64,000 nt of DNA from Acidobacteriota bacterium (GCA_029263295.1 JAJCXT010000032.1:9211-73210), one strand, 5' to 3'; numbered from the stretch's first letter, positions 1 to 9,797 are shown. Notes: generated from the sequence alone by a model not told the origin. Translations and numbers: made by a program.

Positions 1-687
1 AAGTTCGGTGCCGATTGGATCAAGTTGGCGGCAACCGGCGGGGTCATGTCGCATGGCGACAATCCGAACGCCACCGCGTTCACCGACGAGGAGCTTCAGG
101 CCGCAGTAGACGAGACCCATCGGCACTTCAAGAAGATCACCGTGCACGCCATCGGCACCGAGGGCATCAAGCAGGCGGTCCGGGCGGGCGTCGACTCGGT
201 GGAACACGCCATCCTCATCGACCAGGAAGGCATCGATCTGATGCTCGATCGCGGCACCGTGTTGGTGCCGACGATCTACGTTCTCAACTACGTCGTCGAG
301 GTGGGGCCATCGATCGGCTATCCGCCTGGATCCGTGGCCAAGGGTGCTGAGTTGATGGAGGTTCGAGATGACCGCATCCGTGCTGCCGTCGAAGCCGGCG
401 TCAAGATGGTCATGGGGTCGGACACGATCTTCCCGGTCGAGCAGGCGGCGCGCGAATTCGTGCAGATGGTGCGGCTCGGACTCTCGCCGATGGAGTCGAT
501 CAAGGCGGGCACGATCAACGCGGCTGAACTGCTGGATCTCGGCAGCGAGATCGGCACGCTCGAGCCCGGCAAGCTTGCCGATATCGTGGCAATCGACGGT
601 AACCCGCTCGATGACGTGACCCTGCTGGAAACCGCGGTGGGCTTCGTCATGAAGTCCGGCCAGGTGGTCAAGGGAGTGGAGAGATGA
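1..687 (+). CDS. Amidohydrolase-superfamily metallohydrolase, C-terminal part (5' end outside window)
   Basis: Frame 1 is open from nt 1 (KFGADWIKLAATGGVMS...), so the TTG at 25 in the ORF track is internal. Motifs VHAIG, VDSVEHA, MGSDT and the tail GTLEPGKLADIVAIDGNPLDD are typical of prolidase/imidazolonepropionase-like amidohydrolases. The stop overlaps the next start (ATGA at 684-687). Confidence 0.8.
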   Translation, partial: KFGADWIKLAATGGVMSHGDNPNATAFTDEELQAAVDETHRHFKKITVHAIGTEGIKQAVRAGVDSVEHAILIDQEGIDLMLDRGTVLVPTIYVLNYVVEVGPSIGYPPGSVAKGAELMEVRDDRIRAAVEAGVKMVMGSDTIFPVEQAAREFVQMVRLGLSPMESIKAGTINAAELLDLGSEIGTLEPGKLADIVAIDGNPLDDVTLLETAVGFVMKSGQVVKGVER

Positions 688-2471
688 AACGACGCTTGCT
701 GCCCAGGCTCCTGGTGCTGAGCGTGGTTCTGGCAGTCGGCTGTACTGCGCCGATACCTCCTGCGCCTGTCCCCGACCTGTCGCCTGCTGCCTGGCGGGCC
801 GATTACGACCGCTACATGCAGGCGCAGTTGGTTGATCGAACCTCGGCGGGTGTGGCCACCGGGACGAATGGTGCCGTGACCGTGGCGTACAACGGATTGG
901 CGGCGCGCGCCGGCCTCGAAGCACTCAAGCAAGGCGGCAACGCGATCGACGCGGCGATGACCGCGGCCATGGCCCAGGTCACGCTGACCGCAGGGGCGCC
1001 GATCAGCTACTTCGGCATCATGTCGCTGGTGTACTACGAGGCCGCCACGGGCGAGGTGCACACCATGAATGCCGAGTGGAACACGGTGCTTGGCGAAGAC
1101 GATCCGATGTCGATTCCTGGCGGCATCGACCTGACCTCGGAAGAGGGCATCTACGGCACCGCCGTGAGCGGGCGCACGGCGCTGGTCGGTGGCTTCATGA
1201 AGGGAGTGGGCGCGGCGCACGAGCGCTTCGGTCGGCTGCCCTGGCCTCAGATCTTCGAGCCGTCCATCTACATCGCCGAGCGGGGCATGCCGATCTCGGC
1301 CAAGACCGCCGGCTACTTCGAGGCGCGCCACGACGACCTGAGTCGACTGCCGGAGACCCGCGCGACCCTGGTCAAGCCCGACGGCTCCGCCTACGCTGAA
1401 GGCGACGTGCTGAAGCAGCCGGCGTTGGCCGCCACGCTCCGCGCCGTGGCCCAGAACGGCACCGATTACATGTACAACGGCCCGTGGGCCGAGCGGGCCG
1501 TCGCGGCGATCCAGGCCGAGGGCGGCAAGATGACGCTCGAGGACCTGGCCGGCTACGAGGTCCGTTGGGATGCACCGCTGGTCGCGCCGCTGGGCGAGTA
1601 CGAGCTCCATAGCAATCCGCCGCCGAACGACGGCGGGGTCGCGATGATCGAGGCGTACAACCTGGCGTTGACGTCGGGCATGGTGGCAGACGGTCACTGG
1701 ACCGAGTCGGCGGACGCTTTGCGCAAGGCGCTCGACGTGACGCAAATGGGCTTCATCAAGTACGTGCCGGCGGAGATGCTGGAACAGTTCTTCCCCGGCC
1801 TGGAGATCACAGCCGAGTCCCGCGTGACGCAGACATACGCTGCCGAGATGTGGAGGCGCATGGAGGCCGGGGCGAAGCTGTCGCAGTGGACTCCGCAAGG
1901 GCCAAAGCACTCCGACGATGTCGTGGTGATCGACTCGGAGGGCAACATCGCCGCCATCACGCAGAGCATTAACTGCGTGCTGTGGGGCAAGACTGCGATC
2001 GTCGTGGACGGCATCAGCATCGGCGATCCGGGCTCGTTCCAGCAGGCGGCGATTGCAGCAGCCGGGGCGGGCCAACGCCTGGCCTCGCCCACCGAAACCG
2101 GGATCCTCTTCAAGGACGGCCAGGCCGTGCTCGGCTTCGCGTCGATGGGGTCCGGGCTGCACCAGCGCACCTTCCAGGGCCTGATGAACGTCACGCAGTA
2201 CGGCATGACGGTGGACGAAGCAGTCAACGCGCCGGACTTTTTCTACCCGCTGACCGACCCGGCGACGTTCCAGTCGACCTTCCGGGTGATCGTGGGCGGC
2301 TTCCCGAGCGACGTACTCGAGGGCACCGGCTATGGCTACCAGGAAATCGACCCGGCCAACGTGCGGTTCGCCGGCGAGGGCATCTGGGTAGCAATCAGCC
2401 GCGACCCGGAAACCGGCGAGCTCCGCGCCGCGTCACACAACCGCAACAACAGCGCCGCGGTGGCGTACTGA
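684..2471 (+). CDS. Gamma-glutamyltranspeptidase (GGT) family protein, probable lipoprotein
   Basis: 595 aa. Lipobox-like signal peptide (LSVVLAVGC). GGT-like blocks: GGNAIDAAMTAAMAQ, DDVVVIDSEGNIAAITQSIN, GFASMGSG. Translationally coupled to the upstream amidohydrolase. Confidence 0.8.
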   Translation: MKRRLLPRLLVLSVVLAVGCTAPIPPAPVPDLSPAAWRADYDRYMQAQLVDRTSAGVATGTNGAVTVAYNGLAARAGLEALKQGGNAIDAAMTAAMAQVTLTAGAPISYFGIMSLVYYEAATGEVHTMNAEWNTVLGEDDPMSIPGGIDLTSEEGIYGTAVSGRTALVGGFMKGVGAAHERFGRLPWPQIFEPSIYIAERGMPISAKTAGYFEARHDDLSRLPETRATLVKPDGSAYAEGDVLKQPALAATLRAVAQNGTDYMYNGPWAERAVAAIQAEGGKMTLEDLAGYEVRWDAPLVAPLGEYELHSNPPPNDGGVAMIEAYNLALTSGMVADGHWTESADALRKALDVTQMGFIKYVPAEMLEQFFPGLEITAESRVTQTYAAEMWRRMEAGAKLSQWTPQGPKHSDDVVVIDSEGNIAAITQSINCVLWGKTAIVVDGISIGDPGSFQQAAIAAAGAGQRLASPTETGILFKDGQAVLGFASMGSGLHQRTFQGLMNVTQYGMTVDEAVNAPDFFYPLTDPATFQSTFRVIVGGFPSDVLEGTGYGYQEIDPANVRFAGEGIWVAISRDPETGELRAASHNRNNSAAVAY

Positions 2472-2485
2472 CACGAGGCACAGCG

Positions 2486-4228
2486 ATGCACTGGCGCGAC
2501 CTGACGAAACGCGGGCTCCTGACGATCGTCGTACTCGTGGTGGCGACGCCTCACGTCGCCGGGCAGCAATCGACCTCGGCCGACAAGCTAGCGGCGCTGG
2601 CCGAGGAATGGGTCGAGTCGCGCACGAGCCGGCGGGTCGCGGACGTCTCGCTGGAGTTCGCCGAATCCGAAGCGGCCTACGCGCTCTCCATTGTCGATCG
2701 GCTCGATGCAATCGAGCGCAGCGCACTCACGCACCAGGAGGATCTCACCTGGGCGGTACTGCGCTGGCAGGCCGCGGCGCTGGCCGACGAACTCGAGTTG
2801 TACTGGTACCTGTCGCCGCTGATGCCGGCGAGCTCGCCCGTCCGAGGTGTCATGTCGGCCTTGCCGCTGATGAGCGTCGGCGACGAGGAGCAGACGGACG
2901 CGTATCTGCAGTACCTGGATGAGCTCGCCACCGCCTTCGGCGAGGTGCTGGTCAAGACGCGCGGTCGCGCGGCACGCGGCATCGTGCTGCCGGACGAGCA
3001 GATCGATCGCGTCCTGCCCTTCTGGCGATTGTTCGCAAGCAGCGAACCCGACAACCCGGCATACCTAGGAGCAGCGCGGTACGCGTCGCTGGATGGTGGC
3101 GACAGGGAGTCATTCGAAGGTCAGATGATCGATGCGATCGAACGGAAGGTCGCGCCGGCTGCGCGGAGAATCGTCAGCTACATGGAGACGACGCTGGTGG
3201 AGCGCGCTCCCCACGTCGTGGGCATGGGGCAATACCCCGGCGGCAAGCGCGCCTACCGAATTGCTACCCGCTTGATGACGACCCTCGAGATCACTCCCGA
3301 GGAAGTGCATCAGGCCGGCCGCGAAGGGGTCGCGGACATCAATCGACAGATGGCCGAAATTCGAGCACAGCTCGGTTTCACCGGTAGCAAGGCAGAGTTC
3401 CACGAGCAACTGCGCAACGACCCGCGATTCTACGTCGATGCTCCCGAGGACTTCGGGGCGGCGCTGATGGCCTACGACGCCAAGATCCGCCCGCACGTAT
3501 TCGACTACTTCCTGCGGGAGCCGGAGGCGCCCTACGGCGTACGGCGCGTGAATCCAGCCATGGAGGCCACTCTCACCTACGGCTTCTACAACGGACCCTC
3601 TGACAGCGACCCGAGCGGGTATTACAACTACAACGGCTCGAAGCTGTCCGAGCGCTCACTGCTCTCGGGCGCCGGGCTCGCGTATCACGAACTCGTTCCC
3701 GGGCACCATTTTCAGATCAACCTGGCCCGCGAGAACGACGAACTGCCAGAGTTCCGCAAGAGCGCGTACTTCTCCGGCTACGGTGAGGGCTGGGGCGAGT
3801 ATTCGAGCTCGGTCGTCGCCCGCGAGATGGGCATGTACGACGATCCGTACGACCTCTACGGCCGGCTGGTCTTCGATATGTTCTTCGCCGTGCGTCTCGT
3901 CGTCGATACCGGCATGAACTACTACGGCTGGTCGCGGCCGAAGGCGATGCTCTACATGCGCGAACACACCATGGAGTCGGTCACCCAGATCGACTCCGAG
4001 ACCATCCGGTACTCGGTGCGCAGTCCGGCCCAGGCTCTGGCCTACCGCATGGGCCGGCAGACCTGGCTGCAGTTGCGCCAGCGCGCTGAGAACGAAATGG
4101 GCGAGGCCTTCGACGTGCGCCGCTTCCACGACGCCGTGCTGACCACCGGTTCATTGCCACTGGTCGTTCTGCAGGATCACGTCGGTTGGTGGATCGCTCA
4201 GGAGCGCTCGGCTGCTATGAGCCAGTGA
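2486..4228 (+). CDS. DUF885 family secreted protein (putative metallopeptidase-like)
   Basis: The track ORF 1982-4228 overlaps the GGT gene. The in-frame ATG at 2486 gives MHWRDLTKRGLLTIVVLVVATPHVAGQ, a signal peptide, 14 nt after the GGT stop. DUF885 signature YHELVPGHHFQ and GYGEGWGEY. Confidence 0.8.
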   Translation: MHWRDLTKRGLLTIVVLVVATPHVAGQQSTSADKLAALAEEWVESRTSRRVADVSLEFAESEAAYALSIVDRLDAIERSALTHQEDLTWAVLRWQAAALADELELYWYLSPLMPASSPVRGVMSALPLMSVGDEEQTDAYLQYLDELATAFGEVLVKTRGRAARGIVLPDEQIDRVLPFWRLFASSEPDNPAYLGAARYASLDGGDRESFEGQMIDAIERKVAPAARRIVSYMETTLVERAPHVVGMGQYPGGKRAYRIATRLMTTLEITPEEVHQAGREGVADINRQMAEIRAQLGFTGSKAEFHEQLRNDPRFYVDAPEDFGAALMAYDAKIRPHVFDYFLREPEAPYGVRRVNPAMEATLTYGFYNGPSDSDPSGYYNYNGSKLSERSLLSGAGLAYHELVPGHHFQINLARENDELPEFRKSAYFSGYGEGWGEYSSSVVAREMGMYDDPYDLYGRLVFDMFFAVRLVVDTGMNYYGWSRPKAMLYMREHTMESVTQIDSETIRYSVRSPAQALAYRMGRQTWLQLRQRAENEMGEAFDVRRFHDAVLTTGSLPLVVLQDHVGWWIAQERSAAMSQ

Positions 4229-4296
4229 TAGGGACCGCCACGCACAGATCGCGGCGCGATATTTTCATACGGACGCCGCCCGGCGCGTTGCGGATG

Positions 4297-7041
4297 TCAG
4301 TCGGCGCGTAGTGCCTGGACCGGATCGAGCCGGGCCGCACGGCGAGCCGGAAGCCAGTTGGCCAATCCCGAGACCAGCAGCAGGATCAGGAACGCAGCGC
4401 CGAACGCCAGCGGGTCGAGGGCTCCCACACCGTACAGAACGGAGGTGAGGGCGCGCGATAGCAGCGCGGCACCCAGGCCGCCGATTACCGCGCCGATGGC
4501 CACCAGACCGAGGCCGCGCCGCAGCACCATCTGCAGAACGTCGCCGCTAGCGGCGCCGAGGGCCATACGAACGCCGATCTCCTTGGAGCGTCGAGCCACG
4601 GAGTAGGCTATGACCCCGTACAGGCCGATGGATACGAGCAGCAGGGCGATCACCCCGGCGCCGATGAGCATTGCCGCGCCAAAACGTACCGGGAAGAGCG
4701 CCACTCCCAGGAGTCCGAGCATGTCGGCGTCGGTCAGCGAGCGCATTTCGGGCTCGAGGGCGAGTAGTTGCCGCCGCACTGAAGCCCGTACTTCGGGCGT
4801 GTCGCGATCGAGGCGGACGGCGAGCGTTGCCCGCGAGGTGGTTGCCTGTTCGTCGGCAAGGTAAAGGTACGGACGCGGATCCTCACCTACGGTGCGCACC
4901 TTGGTGTCGGCGACGACGCCCACGATTTCCACCTCGGGACCGTTGAGGTCACCGGTATGGAACCGTTGCCCCACGGCGCCGTCCGGGTAGTACTGCCGTG
5001 CGAGCGCCTGCGAGACCATCGCGACGGCGAGTGAGTCCGCCGTATCCTGCGGTCCAAAGGTGCGGCCGCGCAGCAACGGCACTCCGAGCGTTTCGAAGTA
5101 GGTACCGCTGACGGTTGTCGCGTCGACCTGGCTTCCGGGGTCATCTTCGGTCAGCTGCAGCCCTTCGATGTAGATGGGAGTGCCGTTGAGCTGCATGCTC
5201 AGCGGCATGCGACTGGCGAGACCGACACCGGTCACTCCCGGCAACGCTGCGATCCGAGCCGAGGCATCGTCGAAGAACTGCTGAGACTCCTCGGGGGAGT
5301 AGTCAAGGAAGCCCATGTCGATGTTGTAGGTCAGCAGAGCGGCGGGATCGAAACCAAGATCCATGTCGGCCGCAGATCGAGCGCTGCGCACGAGGAGCGC
5401 CGCGCCGACCAGGAGGATGATGCAGACCGCGACCTGAGCGACGACCAGAGCGCCGCGGAGGCCCAGTTTGCGACCAGATCCTTCGGTGCTACGTCCGCCG
5501 TCCTTCAGGGCAGCAACCAGATCGGTTCGCGAGCCGCGCAGGGCGGGGGCGAGCCCGAAGACGAGGCCCGCGGCCAGAGCCAGACCAAACGCGAAGGCGA
5601 TGACGCGCCCGTCCACCGGTAGATTCCAGCTCATCGGGATTGAGTTCGGTGGCTGGAAGCGCAGTAATAACCCGCGCAGCCAGAACGTCAGCCCGACGCC
5701 GCCGAGCCCGCCCATGAACGCTAGGCCTAGGCTTTCGGTGAGCAACTGGCGCATCAGGCGAGCCTTGCCAGCGCCGAGCGCGAGACGGACGGCGATTTCC
5801 TTGCTGCGTGCGGACGCCCGCGACAGTGTCATCGCGGCGATGTTGGTGCATGCACTGATCAGCACGAGGCCGACCATGCCGAGCATGACGGCCGAGACCG
5901 GGGCCAGGTAGCCATCAGCCATCGGGTGGACGCGTACGCTGGTGGCAGGGAGAACACGAGGGCTCCAGTCCTCGTTGGAATCCGGGTACGCGGCCCTGAG
6001 CCGGGCATAGATCGCGTCGAGTTCGGCCTGTACCTGCGCCACGCCCATGCCCTCAGCCAGGCGTCCCTTCATCATCATCCAGCGGGCACCGCGTTGCTCG
6101 GGGCGGGTATCTCCAGGTGACTCCGTCATGCTGATGGCCCCGATGGGGTCAATCGTGTCGGCCATCGTCGCGGGCAACCACATCTGAGCATCGATCACGT
6201 GGACGAGCCCGTTGAACTCCTCTGGCGCGATGCCGATCACCGTGTAGGGTCGACCGTTGAGGGTCAGCACTTGCCCGAGGATCGTCTCGTCGGCCGCAAA
6301 GCGGTCGCGCCAGAATCCGTGTCCGAGGACGACTACGGGGTGGCCACCGGGTACACGGTCGTCGTCCGGGCCGATGAGCCGCCCCATGTGGGGCTTGATC
6401 CCCAGGAGATCGAAGAACCCTCCGGTCACGAATTCTCCGAACACCAGTTCGGCGTCACCGTCGTTCGTCATCCTGGCTACGAGGAGCGAGTGGCCGGCGA
6501 CGCCGCTCAGCGTGGTCGTGGATTCACTGATACTCACGTAGTCGGGATGGGAGGTCGTCAGCGGGGCGTCGAGCTCGGCGTTGTACGAGTAGATCTCGAC
6601 GAGCTCTTCGGGCGCGACCACCGGCAGCGGTCGAAACAGCAAGGCGTTGACCATCGTGAAGATCGTGGCGTTGATGCCCACGCCGATGGTCAGGGTGAGT
6701 ACGACTACGGCCACGTACATCGGAGCACGCGCGAGCGTTCGAATCGCGAAGCGGATGTCTTGCCAGATGGATTCCATGGCGAATTTCTCTCGACGGGGAG
6801 TCGGGTGTGCGTTCTTGATAGCAACGGAAGGGCGATGACTACGGCGCGCGGCGATCATGCGAAGTGGCGTGCCGAGCACATGGCGCGCGTACCAGGCGGC
6901 GGCGCGTAGCTTGCCGTCGCGCGCCAAACGGAAGCGGTAGAGCTCTGCGAGGTCAGCGAGCAGAACGTCGCGATCGTGTCGCGGTAGTACGCGGCGCAAG
7001 ACGCCGGCTAGAAACCGAGGCGGGACGACACGATCACTCAT
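4297..7041 (-). CDS. ADOP-type permease (duplicated FtsX/MacB-like, no ATPase domain)
   Basis: 914 aa. N-terminal cytoplasmic prefix, then the ...IRFAIRTLARAPMYVAVVVLTLTIGVGINATIF TM helix, a large periplasmic domain, two FtsX-type 4-TM modules and the tail NWLPARRAARLDPVQALRAD. The start overlaps the upstream paralogue stop (ATGA at 7038-7041). Confidence 0.85.
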   Translation of the reverse strand: MSDRVVPPRFLAGVLRRVLPRHDRDVLLADLAELYRFRLARDGKLRAAAWYARHVLGTPLRMIAARRSHRPSVAIKNAHPTPRREKFAMESIWQDIRFAIRTLARAPMYVAVVVLTLTIGVGINATIFTMVNALLFRPLPVVAPEELVEIYSYNAELDAPLTTSHPDYVSISESTTTLSGVAGHSLLVARMTNDGDAELVFGEFVTGGFFDLLGIKPHMGRLIGPDDDRVPGGHPVVVLGHGFWRDRFAADETILGQVLTLNGRPYTVIGIAPEEFNGLVHVIDAQMWLPATMADTIDPIGAISMTESPGDTRPEQRGARWMMMKGRLAEGMGVAQVQAELDAIYARLRAAYPDSNEDWSPRVLPATSVRVHPMADGYLAPVSAVMLGMVGLVLISACTNIAAMTLSRASARSKEIAVRLALGAGKARLMRQLLTESLGLAFMGGLGGVGLTFWLRGLLLRFQPPNSIPMSWNLPVDGRVIAFAFGLALAAGLVFGLAPALRGSRTDLVAALKDGGRSTEGSGRKLGLRGALVVAQVAVCIILLVGAALLVRSARSAADMDLGFDPAALLTYNIDMGFLDYSPEESQQFFDDASARIAALPGVTGVGLASRMPLSMQLNGTPIYIEGLQLTEDDPGSQVDATTVSGTYFETLGVPLLRGRTFGPQDTADSLAVAMVSQALARQYYPDGAVGQRFHTGDLNGPEVEIVGVVADTKVRTVGEDPRPYLYLADEQATTSRATLAVRLDRDTPEVRASVRRQLLALEPEMRSLTDADMLGLLGVALFPVRFGAAMLIGAGVIALLLVSIGLYGVIAYSVARRSKEIGVRMALGAASGDVLQMVLRRGLGLVAIGAVIGGLGAALLSRALTSVLYGVGALDPLAFGAAFLILLLVSGLANWLPARRAARLDPVQALRAD

Positions 7042-9797
7042 TCTGCACGCAGCGCCTGAACAGGATCGAGCCGCGCTGCACGACGAGCCGGCAACCAGTT
7101 GGCCAGGCCGGCGACGAGCAGCAGGATCAGGAACGCGGCTCCGAAGGCCAGCGGATCGAGTGCGTCAACCCCGTAGAGAACGGAGCCGAGCGCGCGAGAA
7201 AGCAGCCCCGCGGCCACCCCTCCGACTGCCGCGCCGATCGCGACCAATCCCAAGCCACGTCGCAGTACGAGTTGGAGGACGTCGGCGTGGGCGGCTCCGA
7301 GCGCCATACGTACACCGATTTCCCGAGAGCGTCGCGCCACCGAATAGGCAATCACCCCATAAAGACCAACCGAGACCAGCAAGAGTGCGATCGTGCCGGC
7401 GCCGATGAGCATCGCCGCGCCGAAACGCACGGGGAAAAGGGCCATGCTCAGGATCCCTAGCATGTCGCTGTCGTCCAGGAAAACGAGTTCCGGCTCGAGG
7501 CCGAGCAGTTCCTGACGCACGGCGGCCCGCAGCTGCGGCGTGTCGCGGTCGAGCCGCACAGCCAGCGTGGCGCTCGACGGAGTCGACCTTTCGTACGCGT
7601 AGTAGACGTACGGGCGAGGCGCTTCACCGACCGTGCGAATTTTCGTGTCGCCGACGACCCCGACGATCTCGTATGGGGCACCGTCGAGTCCGCCGGTGCT
7701 AAACCGTTTGCCGACGGCGCCGTTCGGGAAGTGACTCTGCGCCAGAGCCAGAGAGACGACGGCGACGCCGATCGATTCCGGCGTGTCCTGCGTCCCGAAC
7801 GTGCGGCCGCGCAGCAGTGGTACACCGAGGGTCTCGAAGTAGAGCCCATCGACGGTCGCCGCGTCGATCTGGGTCCCCGGATCGCCCGAGGTCACCTGCA
7901 GCCCCTCGATGTAGATGTTCATGGTGTTGAAGCCCATGCTTAGCGGCATTCGGCTAGCGCGCCCTACGGACCGGACCCCGGGCATGGCGCTGATACGGGT
8001 GGACGCCGCATCGAAGAAATCACCAGCGTCCTCGGGCGAGTAATCGAGCAGGTCCATGTCGAGCGTGTAGGTGAGCAGACCGTTCGGATCGAACCCAAGG
8101 TCGACGTCGGTTGCGGACCGCGCACTGCGTACCATCAGGGCCGCACCCACGAGAAGCACGACACAGACCGCGACCTGCACTACGACCAGCCCGCCCCGAA
8201 CTCCAAGCCTGCGGCCGGATCCCTCGGTGCCGCGTGCGCCTTCCTTCAGCGCGGCGACGAGGTTGGTTCGCGAACCGCGAAGAGCCGGAGCGAGGCCGAA
8301 GACCAAACCGGCGGCCAACGACAGGGCGAACGTGAACGCGATGACTCTCCCGTCTACGGGTAGGCTCCAGGTCGTAGGGAGCTCGGTCGGGGGCTGGAAG
8401 CGAATCAGCAGACCACGCAGCCACAAGGTGAGGCCTACACCGCCGAGTCCGCCGACAAGAGCGAGCGCCAGGCTCTCCGTCAGCAGCTGGCGCACCAGAC
8501 GGGCTTTGCCAGCGCCAAGGGCGAGGCGAACCGCGATCTCGCGGCTGCGGGCCGACGCGCGCGACAGGGTCATCGCGGCGATATTGGTGCAGGCGCTGAT
8601 GAGCACCAGGCCGACCATGCCGAGCAGGAGCGCAGCGACGGGGGCCAGGTACCCGTCCGCGAGCGGGTGCACTCGCACGCTCGTGGCAGGCAGGACTCGG
8701 GACCCCCACCCCTCGTTGGCTGCGGGGTACTCGGCGGCAAGCCGCGAGAAGATCGCGTCCATCTCGGCCTGTACCTGCGCGACTCCCATGCCCTCGGCGA
8801 GCCGGCCCTTGAGCATCAGCCAGCGCGAGCCGCGACGCTCGGGACGCGTGTCGCCGGGCGAGTCCTGTCGGCTCTGGATGCCCAGGGGGTCGATCCCGTC
8901 GGCCATCGTGGCCGGGATCCAGAGCTGGGAATCGAAGACGTGAACCAGACCGCTGAACTGTGGCGGTGCGATTCCGATTACGGTGTACGGGCGGCCGTTG
9001 AGGATCAGCGCCTCGCCGAGGATCGACTCGTTGCCAGCGTACCGGTCGCGCCAGAATCCGTGCCCGAGCACCACCACCGGGTGGCCGCCCGGCACGCGAT
9101 CGTCATCAGCACCGATCAGTCGCCCCAGGTGTGGGGCGATGCCCAGGAGGTTGAAGTACTCGCCAGTGACGAACTCGCCGTAAATCATCTCGGCGCTTCC
9201 GTTCGACGTGAGGTTCGCGGAGAGCAGGGAATGGCCGACGATGCCGCTGATCGTCGTGGCTGACTCACGGATGCTCAGGTAGTCCGGGTAGGAACTCGTA
9301 ATCGGGATTCCGATTTCTCCATCGAACGAGTAGATCTCGACCAGTTCTTCGGGCGCCAGGACGGGCAGCGGACGTAGCAGCAGCGAGTTGACGAGCGTGA
9401 AGATCGTCGCGTTGATGCCGACGCCGATGGTCAGAGTGACTACCACCACGGCGACGTACATCGGGCTGCGACCGAGCGTCCGTGCCGCGAAGCGCATGTC
9501 TTGCCAGAGCGTTTCCAGCACGAACATGTCTCGGGGAGCGTTCACGATCCGCCGTCTCAGGGCGGGCTCTCGGAGAGAAGCAACGACATTTCGCGAATCG
9601 CGGGCTACGAGAAGACGCGCCGGCGCAACGAGAACCTGGCGTGCGTACCAGGCGGTCGCGCGAATCCTGCCGTCGCGTCGTGCGCGATAAAGAAACAACT
9701 CGGCGAAATCAGCGAGTAGGACGTCGCGATCGCGGCGCGGCAGCGCCAGACGCAGGACGCCGGCAAGCAGCCGGGGTGGCGCGGAGCCCGTGCTCAT
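7038..9797 (-). CDS. ADOP-type permease, tandem paralogue of 4297-7041
   Basis: 919 aa, colinear with the downstream paralogue. Roughly three quarters of residues look identical by eye (not computed). Same C-terminal tail ...NWLPARRAARLDPVQALRAE. The start overlaps the padR stop (ATGA at 9794-9797). Confidence 0.85.
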   Translation of the reverse strand: MSTGSAPPRLLAGVLRLALPRRDRDVLLADFAELFLYRARRDGRIRATAWYARQVLVAPARLLVARDSRNVVASLREPALRRRIVNAPRDMFVLETLWQDMRFAARTLGRSPMYVAVVVVTLTIGVGINATIFTLVNSLLLRPLPVLAPEELVEIYSFDGEIGIPITSSYPDYLSIRESATTISGIVGHSLLSANLTSNGSAEMIYGEFVTGEYFNLLGIAPHLGRLIGADDDRVPGGHPVVVLGHGFWRDRYAGNESILGEALILNGRPYTVIGIAPPQFSGLVHVFDSQLWIPATMADGIDPLGIQSRQDSPGDTRPERRGSRWLMLKGRLAEGMGVAQVQAEMDAIFSRLAAEYPAANEGWGSRVLPATSVRVHPLADGYLAPVAALLLGMVGLVLISACTNIAAMTLSRASARSREIAVRLALGAGKARLVRQLLTESLALALVGGLGGVGLTLWLRGLLIRFQPPTELPTTWSLPVDGRVIAFTFALSLAAGLVFGLAPALRGSRTNLVAALKEGARGTEGSGRRLGVRGGLVVVQVAVCVVLLVGAALMVRSARSATDVDLGFDPNGLLTYTLDMDLLDYSPEDAGDFFDAASTRISAMPGVRSVGRASRMPLSMGFNTMNIYIEGLQVTSGDPGTQIDAATVDGLYFETLGVPLLRGRTFGTQDTPESIGVAVVSLALAQSHFPNGAVGKRFSTGGLDGAPYEIVGVVGDTKIRTVGEAPRPYVYYAYERSTPSSATLAVRLDRDTPQLRAAVRQELLGLEPELVFLDDSDMLGILSMALFPVRFGAAMLIGAGTIALLLVSVGLYGVIAYSVARRSREIGVRMALGAAHADVLQLVLRRGLGLVAIGAAVGGVAAGLLSRALGSVLYGVDALDPLAFGAAFLILLLVAGLANWLPARRAARLDPVQALRAE

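Noticed and set aside
318-2162. 614 aa ORF on the minus strand across the amidohydrolase and GGT genes
   Set aside because: This is a typical high-GC shadow ORF. It is Arg/Ala/Gly/Pro-rich with no recognisable motif, and it lies antisense to two genes with strong family signatures.
1982-2485. N-terminal 168 aa extension of the DUF885 ORF in the track
   Set aside because: It overlaps the 3' end of the GGT gene in another frame and is Arg/Gly/Pro-rich. The ATG at 2486 gives a proper signal peptide.
4229-4296. Terminator between the convergent DUF885 and ADOP genes
   Set aside because: Only short (4-5 bp) imperfect stems are present (ATCGC-ggc-GCGAT followed by ATTTTC). This is too weak to report as a feature.
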